Positions 42,938-51,803 of a stretch of 64,000 bases of DNA are shown here, one piece after another; position 1 is the first letter of the stretch, and the number at the start of each line of letters is the position of its first letter. The notes beneath the pieces were generated by a model that had not been told where the DNA came from, ran no database searches, and was given only the letters and a program-made list of their open reading frames with translations. This stretch comes from Gammaproteobacteria bacterium (GTDB lineage: Bacteria; Pseudomonadota; Gammaproteobacteria; Eutrophobiales; Eutrophobiaceae). The position numbers and the translations under genes were made by a program. The stretch spans positions 15,895 to 79,894 of the forward strand of contig JACPSH010000001.1 in assembly GCA_016193395.1 (NCBI GenBank), in the 5' to 3' direction.

Positions 42938-43061
42938 GGAGAGGTGCCAGAGCGGCTCATCATTAGGCGGTCTCGACAAATCGTCAGGATGGACGATTTG
43001 CACGGCCGCAGGCCGCCCGGAGGGCGAGCGACAGAGAAGTCGCGAGTGAAAACCGTTGTGC
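42938..43061 (+). other. partial 5' copy of tRNA-Ser with a 73-nt structured insert in the anticodon loop
   Basis: GGAGAGGTGCCAGAGCGGC...GGCGGTCTCGA [insert 42977-43049] AAACCGTTGTGC; preceded by TACAAT (42919-42924) and a GC-rich discriminator. Confidence 0.75.
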
Positions 43062-43106
43062 TCGCGGCGGACGCAGTCCGACGCGCTGTCGAGTGTGGCA
43101 GTACCC

Positions 43107-43236
<130 letters not shown>

Positions 43237-43246
43237 AAGATGAGCT

Positions 43247-43345
43247 GGGATTCGAACCCGAGTAGAGGATGACGAATCCCATTGCACAGGAGGTGCAGGT
43301 GCCGCGGCGGCCAGGGATGGCCGGGAGCGGCCTCCCTCTCCGCCA
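43247..43345 (+). repeat. tRNA-linked repeat: antisense T-arm, hairpins and duplicated tRNA 3' end
   Basis: GGGATTCGAACCC is the reverse complement of the T-arm; the unit ends in CCTCCCTCTCCGCCA, identical to 43182-43196. Confidence 0.78.
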
Positions 43346-43510
43346 ATTGTGATGAATAAATCTGCGTTTTTCGCTGGCCTATCCTCCTGAAGTATCCCCT
43401 GTTATAAAATTGCAAATGGACGTATCTCGTACCCCTATTTCGTGTTTCCGTTGCGCTCATACCCCATTCAGGGGACGACAAGCCATCTGGACGGCGGTAA
43501 GTTCCGGAAT

Positions 43511-43840
43511 ATGAATGCAGATCCGAAGAGAGTTGCAGCATGGCTTGTAATGATTGTCGTGCCTGTCGTTCTGGGTGTTGCCCTGATTATGGCGTTGGCA
43601 CGTATCCCCATTGAGACAGTCGTACGGATTGTTGAAAACCACTTCGCGGCGATTGTCGGATTGCCGGCCGCTGGCCTGGCCTCTGCGTTTGTAGTCATCG
43701 CCTTTGAGTATTCAAGTGGCCCGGTCAAGCTTAAGGGCGCGGGGTTTGAATTTGAGGGGGCAGCAGGGCAGGTGGTCCTTTGGGTATTGTGCTTCCTCTC
43801 TCTTGCCGGGACGATCCGGCTCGTTTGGAATATCGGATAG
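43511..43840 (+). CDS. small hypothetical membrane protein (about 3 TM)
   Basis: 109 aa with three hydrophobic segments, in lower-GC sequence. Confidence 0.6.
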   Translation: MNADPKRVAAWLVMIVVPVVLGVALIMALARIPIETVVRIVENHFAAIVGLPAAGLASAFVVIAFEYSSGPVKLKGAGFEFEGAAGQVVLWVLCFLSLAGTIRLVWNIG

Positions 43841-43924
43841 GCCATTTGTCGTGGCGCCTTTCGCGATATTTCAGTTGAGAACCTTATAGGGTGGTGATGC
43901 GTGGTAAAGAATAGGCGGTGGGTT

Positions 43925-44794
43925 CTACCCCGTTTCCACGGACAGTTGAGTTAAGACTAATTGTCTCTGTTTGGCGGCCATAAGCTGGCGCCGCCGGCGC
44001 GGATTATGGAACCGCGCGATGTAATCGAAGACATCGGCTCGGGCTTCCGCCCGAGTCTGGTAAATGCGGCGATTGACCCGCTCGCGTTTCAGCAGGCCGA
44101 AGAACCCCTCCATGGCTGCGTTGTCCGCGCAACTGCCCACGGCGCTCATGCTGCACACCAGGTTATGGCCCTTGAGAAAGCGCTGGTACTCACTGCTCGT
44201 GAACTGGCAGCCGCGGTCTGAATGCAGCACCACTGTTGAGCGATCGTCCCGTTGCCACAACGCCATCAGCACCGCCTGCAACACCAGCTCCCGCGTCTGT
44301 CGCGGACCCATGGACCAGCCCACGATAATGCCGGTGCACAGGTCGAGGACAGCGCTCAGATACAGCCAGCCCTCCGCCGTTTCAATATAGGTGATGTCCG
44401 TCACCCATTTCCGGTTCGGTTCACCGGCGCTGAAGTCACGGTCCAGATGATTGGCGATGCCCATTGGCCGCTCGCCCGCGCCCTTCTTGCGCCAGCGCCG
44501 CTGCTGGGGAACACCCCGCAGACCGTGCGCTCGCATCAGTCGCGCCACCCGGTTCTTGCTGCAGTGAACCCCCGCATAGCTGAGGTCCTCCCAGATCCGG
44601 GGCGCGCCCATGACGCCATCACTCTCTTCGTGCAACTTCTTGATACGCCCCAGCAAGTCTTCGTTGAACCTGGCCCGGGCACTCGGCGGCCGTTCCCGCC
44701 AGCCGTAGTACCCGCTCGTAGAGACCCGCAGACACCGGCACATCAGGCGGATGGGGAAGGCTTCGCGGCAACACTCCAGCATGCGGTACTTCAC
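43925..44794 (-). CDS. IS3 transposase OrfB (DDE)
   Basis: WVTDITY, HSDRGCQF, DNAAMEGFFGLLKRE. Confidence 0.93.
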   Translation of the reverse strand: MKYRMLECCREAFPIRLMCRCLRVSTSGYYGWRERPPSARARFNEDLLGRIKKLHEESDGVMGAPRIWEDLSYAGVHCSKNRVARLMRAHGLRGVPQQRRWRKKGAGERPMGIANHLDRDFSAGEPNRKWVTDITYIETAEGWLYLSAVLDLCTGIIVGWSMGPRQTRELVLQAVLMALWQRDDRSTVVLHSDRGCQFTSSEYQRFLKGHNLVCSMSAVGSCADNAAMEGFFGLLKRERVNRRIYQTRAEARADVFDYIARFHNPRRRRQLMAAKQRQLVLTQLSVETG

Positions 44795-45078
44795 TTCGAC
44801 GCTTTCGCGAAGAACGCCGCCGCTTCTTGCAAAAAATCCCGCTCCTTCCGCACCCGCGCCAGCTCACGCCTGAGATTCGCCAGCTCCTCGTCCCGGGCCT
44901 TCCCATGGCCTTGGAACGCCTCCTCTCCAGCGCCCGTCACTTCCCGGCACCAGCGGCTCAGCATGGTCGAGTTGATGCCCAGCTCCTGGGCCACCTGTCG
45001 GGCCGATACGCCGGGACTGCTCGCCAATTCCACCGCTTCCCGCTTGAACTCCGCAGAGTATTTCCTTCGTCTCGACAT
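44791..45078 (-). CDS. IS3 transposase OrfA
   Basis: RRKYSAEFKREAV, HTH, coiled coil ending ERDFLQEAAAFFAK. Confidence 0.93.
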   Translation of the reverse strand: MSRRRKYSAEFKREAVELASSPGVSARQVAQELGINSTMLSRWCREVTGAGEEAFQGHGKARDEELANLRRELARVRKERDFLQEAAAFFAKASK

Positions 45079-45150
45079 GACACACCTCCCGGGCCATTAT
45101 TGCCCTTTCGGATGTGTCCGCGAAATCGGGGTAGAACCCTGGGGGTGTGG

Positions 45151-45290
45151 TTAAGCGTAGGTGACAACCAGAAATGCTACGCATTTGCCACGTCCGATGT
45201 TCTCGATACAGTGACGTACATCCGCCCGATAGTGAGCGGAGAATCCCTTTTTCAGGATGCACTGCTCAGCATTTGAAGTGACACGCACGG
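45151..45290 (-). pseudogene. orphan 3' end of the XRE-cupin gene (diverged copy of 54267-54406)
   Basis: Encodes [45 protein letters not shown]; 42 of 45 aa identical to the intact gene end. Confidence 0.85.
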
Positions 45291-45673
45291 ATGAGCCTGT
45301 AATGAACAAAGATATTCGCGACCCAGCTGCTTTTTTCGAGTGGGCAGGAGCCCCAAGTGTGGGACAGGGACATGATGCGGTGCCCAGCCGGAGGACCAAT
45401 CCCCAGTAGCGAGGAGTGGCATTCACCTGGAAAACGCATCGTATCGCTCATCAAGGCAGCGGTTAAGGCTGCCGCTTCCTCACCGTTATCGAGTTCTTCC
45501 TTCATTTCAAGTGGCTGCAGACGGACAGAACATTGCGGGTCGGATCCCAAAGGCCCGATGGGCCGGTTCACCTCCGGGTAAGGGCGCTTCCGGGCAAAAA
45601 GTTGGAAGCCGAAATACTTCCGTTAATTCATGGGTTTATGCCATCGTATGGGTGGGCTTAAGAATCCTAATCA

Positions 45674-45699
45674 CGGAAAAGGCCACCTCACTCGTCTAT
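45674..45699 (+). promoter_or_regulatory. putative ECF (FecI-like) promoter upstream of the sigma gene
   Basis: CGGAAA-N12-TCGTCTAT; same motif and spacing at 47559-47584. Confidence 0.65.
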
Positions 45700-45738
45700 T
45701 AGGGCTAGGTTTACCCAAGAGCTAGATTCGAGGATCGC

Positions 45739-46311
45739 ATGGCGCGCGAGGACACGATCTACAGCGCTTTCCTATCATGGCGCGACTACCTCGCCCGCAT
45801 CGTCTCGCGCATCGTCCCGCCGCATGATATCGAGGACATAGTCCAGGAGACCTACGTCCGCGCCTGCCAGTTTCAGTCGAAACATGCGATCAAGTCGCCA
45901 AGCGCGTTCATGACCAAGATCGCACGAAATCTGGCCTTAGATTACGTCAAGCGCGCCGAGTGGCGCCTTACTTCTTCCATCGACGGCGATGCTGAGTCGC
46001 AGCTGGTCCAGATCCAGCAGCCGGCAGACGAGCCTTTTGACAAAGTCGCCTCGGGCGAAGAATTCGCACATTTCTGCGAGGCGGTGCGCCAGTTGCCGAT
46101 CCATTGCCGCAGGGTGTTCGTACTGAAGAAGGTCTACGGTCATTCCCAGCGGGATATCGCCCGGGAGTTGAACCTGAGTGAGAACACAGTCGAAAAACAC
46201 GTCGCACAGGGCATCAAGCACTGCACGCATTACATGCGCAAACGGTTGGGGACGGACAGGCGCGGCTCGCCCCTCAGACGACGGCCTGTCCTCCGGGAAG
46301 GAGGTCGATGA
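45739..46311 (+). CDS. ECF sigma factor (FecI-like)
   Basis: EDIVQETY, IARNLALD, LPIHCRRVFVLKK..G.SQRDIA...SENTVEKH. Confidence 0.92.
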   Translation: MAREDTIYSAFLSWRDYLARIVSRIVPPHDIEDIVQETYVRACQFQSKHAIKSPSAFMTKIARNLALDYVKRAEWRLTSSIDGDAESQLVQIQQPADEPFDKVASGEEFAHFCEAVRQLPIHCRRVFVLKKVYGHSQRDIARELNLSENTVEKHVAQGIKHCTHYMRKRLGTDRRGSPLRRRPVLREGGR

Positions 46312-47423
46312 TGAGCAACGTTTATCAGATGCCCGAGCGCCGGTACCCCATTGATGAAGCCGGAGACTGGCTGGCCAAGCTCGACCGGGGGCTGAACGAG
46401 CAGGAGGAAGCAGCACTACGGGAATGGCTGGCTGCGGATCCAAGGAACCCGATGGCGCTGATGGAATCGGCGAGTGTATGGGACAAGATGGATTCGCTCT
46501 CGCGCCTGGCCGAGCTGTTCCCGCAGCCGGTGGCTCGCTCTGCTGATGCCACTGCGGCGTTTCCCGCCTCTTCGAGGGGAATGCTCATGAGGGTCGCATA
46601 CGCAATCGCAGCAACGGTCGTCATCGCTATGCTCGCGGGCTATTGGGCTGTCGCATACTACACGCCAGAATCAAGCATACCGGCCGTTGCCGAGGACACG
46701 AACGAGCGAATATTCCAAACCGCGGTCGGCGAGTATTCCACGGTTATGCTGGCGGACGGGTCGCAGGTGACTCTGAATACCAATAGCCTCGTCCGGGCAA
46801 GGTCCACGGCGCGTCGGCGTATGTTGTCCCTCGAACGCGGCGAAGTCTACGTCCAGGTCGCACACGACCCGTCGCGACCCTTTAGCGTTTGGGTCGGCGA
46901 CCGGCTTGTGGAGGCGGTGGGCACTGCCTTCAGCGTCGCGATTACCGAAGATCAGCGCATAGAGCTAATTGTCACGGAAGGCAAGGTTGTCGTCGGCCTA
47001 GCCGACAAGAAGCCAGCGAAGGCCCCAGAGAAATTCGAACGTGCTCCTGCGCCGCCGGAACCCGCTGGCGTGGCTAATTCGGCAGTTACGGTCTCCGCCG
47101 GCGAGCGGCTCGTGCTGGATGAGGATAGCGGCAAAGTTGAGGCCGTCGAGCCCGAGGAACTGGAGGTCCGGCTCTCTTGGCGCGGTGGCAACCTGGTCTT
47201 CCGCGGCGAGTCCCTGGCGGAGGCGCTCGCTGAAATCGAGCGCTACACCCGCGTGGAATTTGTCATTCAGGATGAAGCCCTGAAGAAAGTGCGAATCGTC
47301 GGTATGTTCAAGGCTGGCGACGTGGACGGCTTGTTGGCGACGCTCCGCCAGAACTTTGACATTGCATATCAGCGCGTGAGCGAAGAAAAAGTCATCCTGA
47401 CGAATAGCTCTGCGCATCCGTAA
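46308..47423 (+). CDS. FecR-family anti-sigma / transmembrane sensor
   Basis: EAGDWL..WLAADPRN, single TM, LADGSQVTLNTNS, RPFSV, VGTAF, SWRGG.LVF. Confidence 0.92.
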   Translation: MMSNVYQMPERRYPIDEAGDWLAKLDRGLNEQEEAALREWLAADPRNPMALMESASVWDKMDSLSRLAELFPQPVARSADATAAFPASSRGMLMRVAYAIAATVVIAMLAGYWAVAYYTPESSIPAVAEDTNERIFQTAVGEYSTVMLADGSQVTLNTNSLVRARSTARRRMLSLERGEVYVQVAHDPSRPFSVWVGDRLVEAVGTAFSVAITEDQRIELIVTEGKVVVGLADKKPAKAPEKFERAPAPPEPAGVANSAVTVSAGERLVLDEDSGKVEAVEPEELEVRLSWRGGNLVFRGESLAEALAEIERYTRVEFVIQDEALKKVRIVGMFKAGDVDGLLATLRQNFDIAYQRVSEEKVILTNSSAHP

Positions 47424-47558
47424 TTCTCACGAGGGCTGGTGAGCTGGCCATGCGATCATGCGACGGGCCAGTAGAACCGCTCCACCTTCGGCAGGGTACA
47501 AGGGGAAGGGGGTTGCGTATTGAGGCCGTTGCCCTTTCAGTTCATTTTCGTCTCTCGG

Positions 47559-47584
47559 CGGAAACCAAGTCCTGATTCGTCTAT
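47559..47584 (+). promoter_or_regulatory. putative ECF promoter upstream of the TonB receptor
   Basis: CGGAAA-N12-TCGTCTAT, matching 45674-45699. Confidence 0.65.
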
Positions 47585-47612
47585 CTATCCAGCGCGCAAA
47601 AGACGCGCTGTC

Positions 47613-50159
47613 GTGGGAAGTGATAGGGGACTTGTCCGATCCCTCGGTATCGGTTTGCTGTTGGCTGTCGCACAGCTCTCAGCGACGATGGCCAGGGCAG
47701 ATGATGCCGATCCAAGCGAGAAAGTCTCCTTCGATATCCCGCGGCAACGAGCGGACTTAGCGCTCATCGAATTCGCCAAGCAGGCGGATGTGACCTTCAT
47801 CTTCCCACTCGATGAGGCACAACGGAAGACATCCAATCGCGTTGTTGGGGATTACACCCGCGACGAGGCGATTCGCATCCTGCTCAAGGGCACGGGCTTG
47901 CGGCCGGAATTCGATGAGCATGGTGCTTTGGCAGTCCGCTCTAATCGTGATGCTGACACTACTAAGGGGAACGCCATGGGCAGAAGCGAGCGGAAAAGGT
48001 TCTCAGGCATCGCTGCAGCGATACTGTCTATATTCAGCAGCCAGGGTGTTGTTGGACAGGAAGCAGAAGCAAACCAAGGTTTGGGCACGGTCGAGGAGGT
48101 AATCGTTACCGCTCAGAAGCGAAGTGAAGACATTCAGGACGTCCCCGTACCCGTTACCGCTGTCGACGCAACCAGTCTTATCTCCAAGAATCAAGTTCGC
48201 CTCCAGGACTATTTCAGCAGCATCCCGGGACTGAATCTCACGACTGCCGACTTTAGCCGCGCCCAAGTATTGACGATTCGTGGACTTACCACTGGAGGAT
48301 ACTCGAATCCGACAGTCGGAATCACTGTGGACGATATACCCTATGGTTCATCGACCTCATGGGGGTTGGGTGTCGAGGCCCCAGACATCGATCCGAGCAT
48401 ACTGGATACGATCGAAGTCTTGCGTGGACCGCAAGGTACGCTGTACGGAGCCAACACCCTCGGCGGATTGCTCAAATACGTCACCATCGCCCCGTCAACG
48501 GATCTATTCACTGGTCGTTTGCAGGCGGGAGTTAGCAGCGTCAAGAACGGTGATGATGTCGGATACAGCATTCGTGGCGCGGCCAACTTGCCGATCAGCG
48601 ATTCTCTGGCTGTTCGTGCTAGTGGATTTACTCGAGGTGACTCGGGGTATGTAGACAATATTCGAAATGGAGATGAAGGTCTTAATCAGGTAGCTGTTAT
48701 TGGTGGACGGATCTCTGCATTGTGGCAACCATCTGAGTCTGTCTCGTTGCGTTTAAGCGCTATGGGTCAGGAAACGGATGCAGATGGAAACTCTGAGGAA
48801 TACCTCGCGGCAACTTTGGGGCGATTTGACCAGGACGCTGTGCCTGGAACAGGGCGATACAAGAAGACGGTCGAAACCTATGGAGCTAACCTCAACGTAA
48901 GGATTGGTAGCATCGATGTTACATCGCTAACAGGTTACAACATTAACTCGCTGAGAGACGATTGGATAGACTTCTCTCCCGCGTTTGGAGGGGCAGCCCT
49001 CGCCACATTTGGCGTCGCCGGCGCCCCGCTTGTCGAGGATATCGAGACAACCAAACTCACCCAGGAGGTTCGGATTTATGCACCGATCGGGGAGCACTTC
49101 GAGTGGTTGATTGGGGGTTTCTACACCGATGAGGAGAGCGACATCGTACAAGATGCGATGGCTGCAGATCCGGTGACAGGCTCGATCGTCGGTTCGCTAC
49201 TTCATTTGCCCTTTACCGCCACGTACGAGGAGATCGCGGCATTTACGAACCTGACGATTAACGTGACCGATCATTTCAATGTCCAGATAGGTGGGCGGTA
49301 CGGTACCAATGATCAAACATTCAATCTGAGCTTGAGCGGACCCCTAATCGGCGGGTCGACGATTGTACAGCCGGAAATCCAGACGGACGACAGCTCATTT
49401 ACGTACCTAGTTACGCCACAATATCGGTTTTCACAGGATGTCATGGTATACGGGAGATTTGCGTCGGGTTACAGACCCGGCGGACCGAACTCTACGATCG
49501 GCGCACCATCGAGCTTTGGGCCCGACACAACTCAAAACTACGAAATGGGCGCGAAGGGCAGTGTCTTTGATGACAAGCTAACCTTCGATGCATCGCTCTA
49601 CTATATCAATTGGAAGGACGTTCAAATCCACCTTGTGGAAGGCGGATTCGGGTATTTTGCAAATGCCGGTCGCGCTCGCAGCCGTGGCGTAGAACTTTCG
49701 TTCACGGCGATTCCGCGTACCGGTCTGACAGTTTCGGGATGGGGCTCGTGGAATGACGCGGAGCTAACGGAGGACTTCCCGAGTACCGCAGACGCCTTCG
49801 GAGAATCTGGAGATCGCCTGCCTGGGAGCACACGGTATTCCGCGAACCTGTCGATGGACCAGGAGCTTCCCTTGCCTAGCAACCTTATCGGGGTGATTGG
49901 TGCATCGATTAGCTACGTAGGCAAACGTTCGGGTTTGTTCGGACCCGTCAGCGCCCCACAAAGGCAGATCTATCCCGCCTATACGAATGTCGATGTGCGC
50001 GCAAGTGTGAAGTATGAGTCCTGGTCGGGAGATTTCTTTGTAACAAATGTGACTGACAAGCGCGGTGAGCTTGGAGGAGGACTAGTTACACTTCACCCGA
50101 CTGCGTTCACCTACATACAACCGCGAACGTTTGGTTTCTCATTGTCGAGGGACTTTTAG
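47613..50159 (+). CDS. TonB-dependent receptor / transducer with N-terminal STN signalling domain
   Basis: FDIPRQ..ALIEFAKQA..LLKGTGL (STN); EEVIVTAQKR; IEVLRGPQGTLYGA; C-terminal F; GTG start chosen downstream of the promoter (frame open from 47520). Confidence 0.93.
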   Translation: MGSDRGLVRSLGIGLLLAVAQLSATMARADDADPSEKVSFDIPRQRADLALIEFAKQADVTFIFPLDEAQRKTSNRVVGDYTRDEAIRILLKGTGLRPEFDEHGALAVRSNRDADTTKGNAMGRSERKRFSGIAAAILSIFSSQGVVGQEAEANQGLGTVEEVIVTAQKRSEDIQDVPVPVTAVDATSLISKNQVRLQDYFSSIPGLNLTTADFSRAQVLTIRGLTTGGYSNPTVGITVDDIPYGSSTSWGLGVEAPDIDPSILDTIEVLRGPQGTLYGANTLGGLLKYVTIAPSTDLFTGRLQAGVSSVKNGDDVGYSIRGAANLPISDSLAVRASGFTRGDSGYVDNIRNGDEGLNQVAVIGGRISALWQPSESVSLRLSAMGQETDADGNSEEYLAATLGRFDQDAVPGTGRYKKTVETYGANLNVRIGSIDVTSLTGYNINSLRDDWIDFSPAFGGAALATFGVAGAPLVEDIETTKLTQEVRIYAPIGEHFEWLIGGFYTDEESDIVQDAMAADPVTGSIVGSLLHLPFTATYEEIAAFTNLTINVTDHFNVQIGGRYGTNDQTFNLSLSGPLIGGSTIVQPEIQTDDSSFTYLVTPQYRFSQDVMVYGRFASGYRPGGPNSTIGAPSSFGPDTTQNYEMGAKGSVFDDKLTFDASLYYINWKDVQIHLVEGGFGYFANAGRARSRGVELSFTAIPRTGLTVSGWGSWNDAELTEDFPSTADAFGESGDRLPGSTRYSANLSMDQELPLPSNLIGVIGASISYVGKRSGLFGPVSAPQRQIYPAYTNVDVRASVKYESWSGDFFVTNVTDKRGELGGGLVTLHPTAFTYIQPRTFGFSLSRDF

Positions 50160-50204
50160 TATCGCAGACTTCAACGACGGCTTGACGTACGGCTAGGAAC
50201 CACT

Positions 50205-51803
50205 GTGCAACCAGACGTTTCGGTCTCCCACCGCGGCGCCACATCCGTAAACTTTTCCGAGGCGACGACCGACAGGATCTTTGCGCATCTCAAAGACACC
50301 ACAGCTCCTGGCGCCGCGGTTGGAATCGCCGTTGAAGGAAAGGTTGTATACAGGAAGGGATTTGGGCTCGCTAACATGGAAATGCCCCTAGTGCTCTCTC
50401 CAAACGTTCGCATGCGCATTGGGTCTATCTCAAAACACTTTACATCGCTTGCGTACTTGTTGTTGTGCGAACGTGGACAAGCAAGAGCTACAGAACCAAT
50501 CCAGCGCTATCTGCCTGAAGTACGCAGCAATGCGAACACGATTACTCCGCTTCATCTGATGGGTCATATTAGCGGACTCAGAGATATATTCGATGTCGTG
50601 TGGAACTTCTCGGGCACGGGCCGAGCTAGTTCGAGCGCTGATCTATTGCGTCTCTATCGTAGGATTGAGGACATCAATGCATCTCCAAGCATAGAGTGGC
50701 GATATAACAATGGTGCCTATCTACTCTTGACAACCCTAATCGAACGTACCACCGACCGGTCTCTAGAGGAGGTACTGAGAGAGTCACTTTGTGAACCACT
50801 CGGCTTGTACGACACGTTGCTACGGCGGTATGACAACGACTTTCTACCAAACTGTGCGACGCTTCACATGACCACACATTCCGGCGAGTTCTCCAAGTCA
50901 TATCTTGGGGTTGCACTCGCAGGTGAAGGAGGCTTGGTATCAACCGTGGACGACCTGCTTCGCTGGCTTAGACACATGAACTCGCCGACGGTCGGAAATG
51001 GAACGACATGGAAGCTTATGAAAACTCCACTTGTGTTGAAAAATGGCACGTCAACTGGCTATGGACTAGGCCTTATCACTGGCGAGTACCGCGGTGTGGA
51101 GACATTATCTCACGGCGGATCAGTTATGGGTGGCAACGCACATATGTTGAAGGTTCCTTGTGTTGACCTTGATATTGTAGTGATCGCCAATCGACATGAC
51201 ATTGTATCTGCGGACTTGGTCGAGCGCGTAATGGATGCGTGCATTGAGGGGTTAACGCCGCTCTGTGAAAGTGACTGTCCATTGTCAGAGGGAACTTTCC
51301 ACTCGCCAGCGACTGGCCGGCTTGTGCAGCTTTTCGGCAAGGGAGGAAAGCAATTCGCTTCAGTCGATGGATGGGACTTTCAGGTCGTTCGGAATAACAA
51401 CGGAGAGCTCATTCCCATCTCTAGACTGTCATTCCTCAAACTGACGATTAATCTAACAGGACCGGTTGAAAGACCCCATACTCTCCACCTAGTAGAGTTC
51501 GGTAATCGTGATGAGTTGCTTGCAGTCTCTTGCAACCCCGGAACGAAAGAACCAGATGAATTCGCTGGTTGCTACCGGTCCTCCGCTGTGGACGCAGAAC
51601 TCACGTTTCATGCAGACGGATTGAGGGCGTCTGGGCCGTTCGGCTCGGTTGACTATGACCTCGAGCATTTAGCAGAAAACATCTGGCGGGCCAAGTCAAG
51701 GACGCCTATGCCATGGGGAGGGATTCTCACGTTTGATTCAAGGAAGTCCAGTGTGCTGTTCTTCTCGCCTCGTACGCGAGCACTCCCCTTTCACCGTTTG
51801 TAA
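50205..51803 (+). CDS. serine hydrolase, D-aminopeptidase / beta-lactamase-like
   Basis: PGAAVGI, SISK (SxxK), YNN, HGG motifs; long C-terminal extension. Confidence 0.82.
   Translation: MQPDVSVSHRGATSVNFSEATTDRIFAHLKDTTAPGAAVGIAVEGKVVYRKGFGLANMEMPLVLSPNVRMRIGSISKHFTSLAYLLLCERGQARATEPIQRYLPEVRSNANTITPLHLMGHISGLRDIFDVVWNFSGTGRASSSADLLRLYRRIEDINASPSIEWRYNNGAYLLLTTLIERTTDRSLEEVLRESLCEPLGLYDTLLRRYDNDFLPNCATLHMTTHSGEFSKSYLGVALAGEGGLVSTVDDLLRWLRHMNSPTVGNGTTWKLMKTPLVLKNGTSTGYGLGLITGEYRGVETLSHGGSVMGGNAHMLKVPCVDLDIVVIANRHDIVSADLVERVMDACIEGLTPLCESDCPLSEGTFHSPATGRLVQLFGKGGKQFASVDGWDFQVVRNNNGELIPISRLSFLKLTINLTGPVERPHTLHLVEFGNRDELLAVSCNPGTKEPDEFAGCYRSSAVDAELTFHADGLRASGPFGSVDYDLEHLAENIWRAKSRTPMPWGGILTFDSRKSSVLFFSPRTRALPFHRL

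Larger units (their letters stand above)
43919..45140 (-). mobile_element. IS3-family insertion sequence
   Basis: Inverted repeats GGTTCTACCCCGTTTCCACGGACA / TGTCCGCGAAATCGGGGTAGAACC around orfA and orfB; no clear target duplication. Confidence 0.92.

Noticed and set aside
42977..43049. Self-splicing tRNA intron
   Set aside because: 73 nt is far too short for group I/II introns, and the host copy lacks a T-arm and acceptor 3' strand.
45291..45660. Short ORFs at the left edge of the cassette as an integrase remnant
   Set aside because: No recognisable recombinase motifs in any listed frame.
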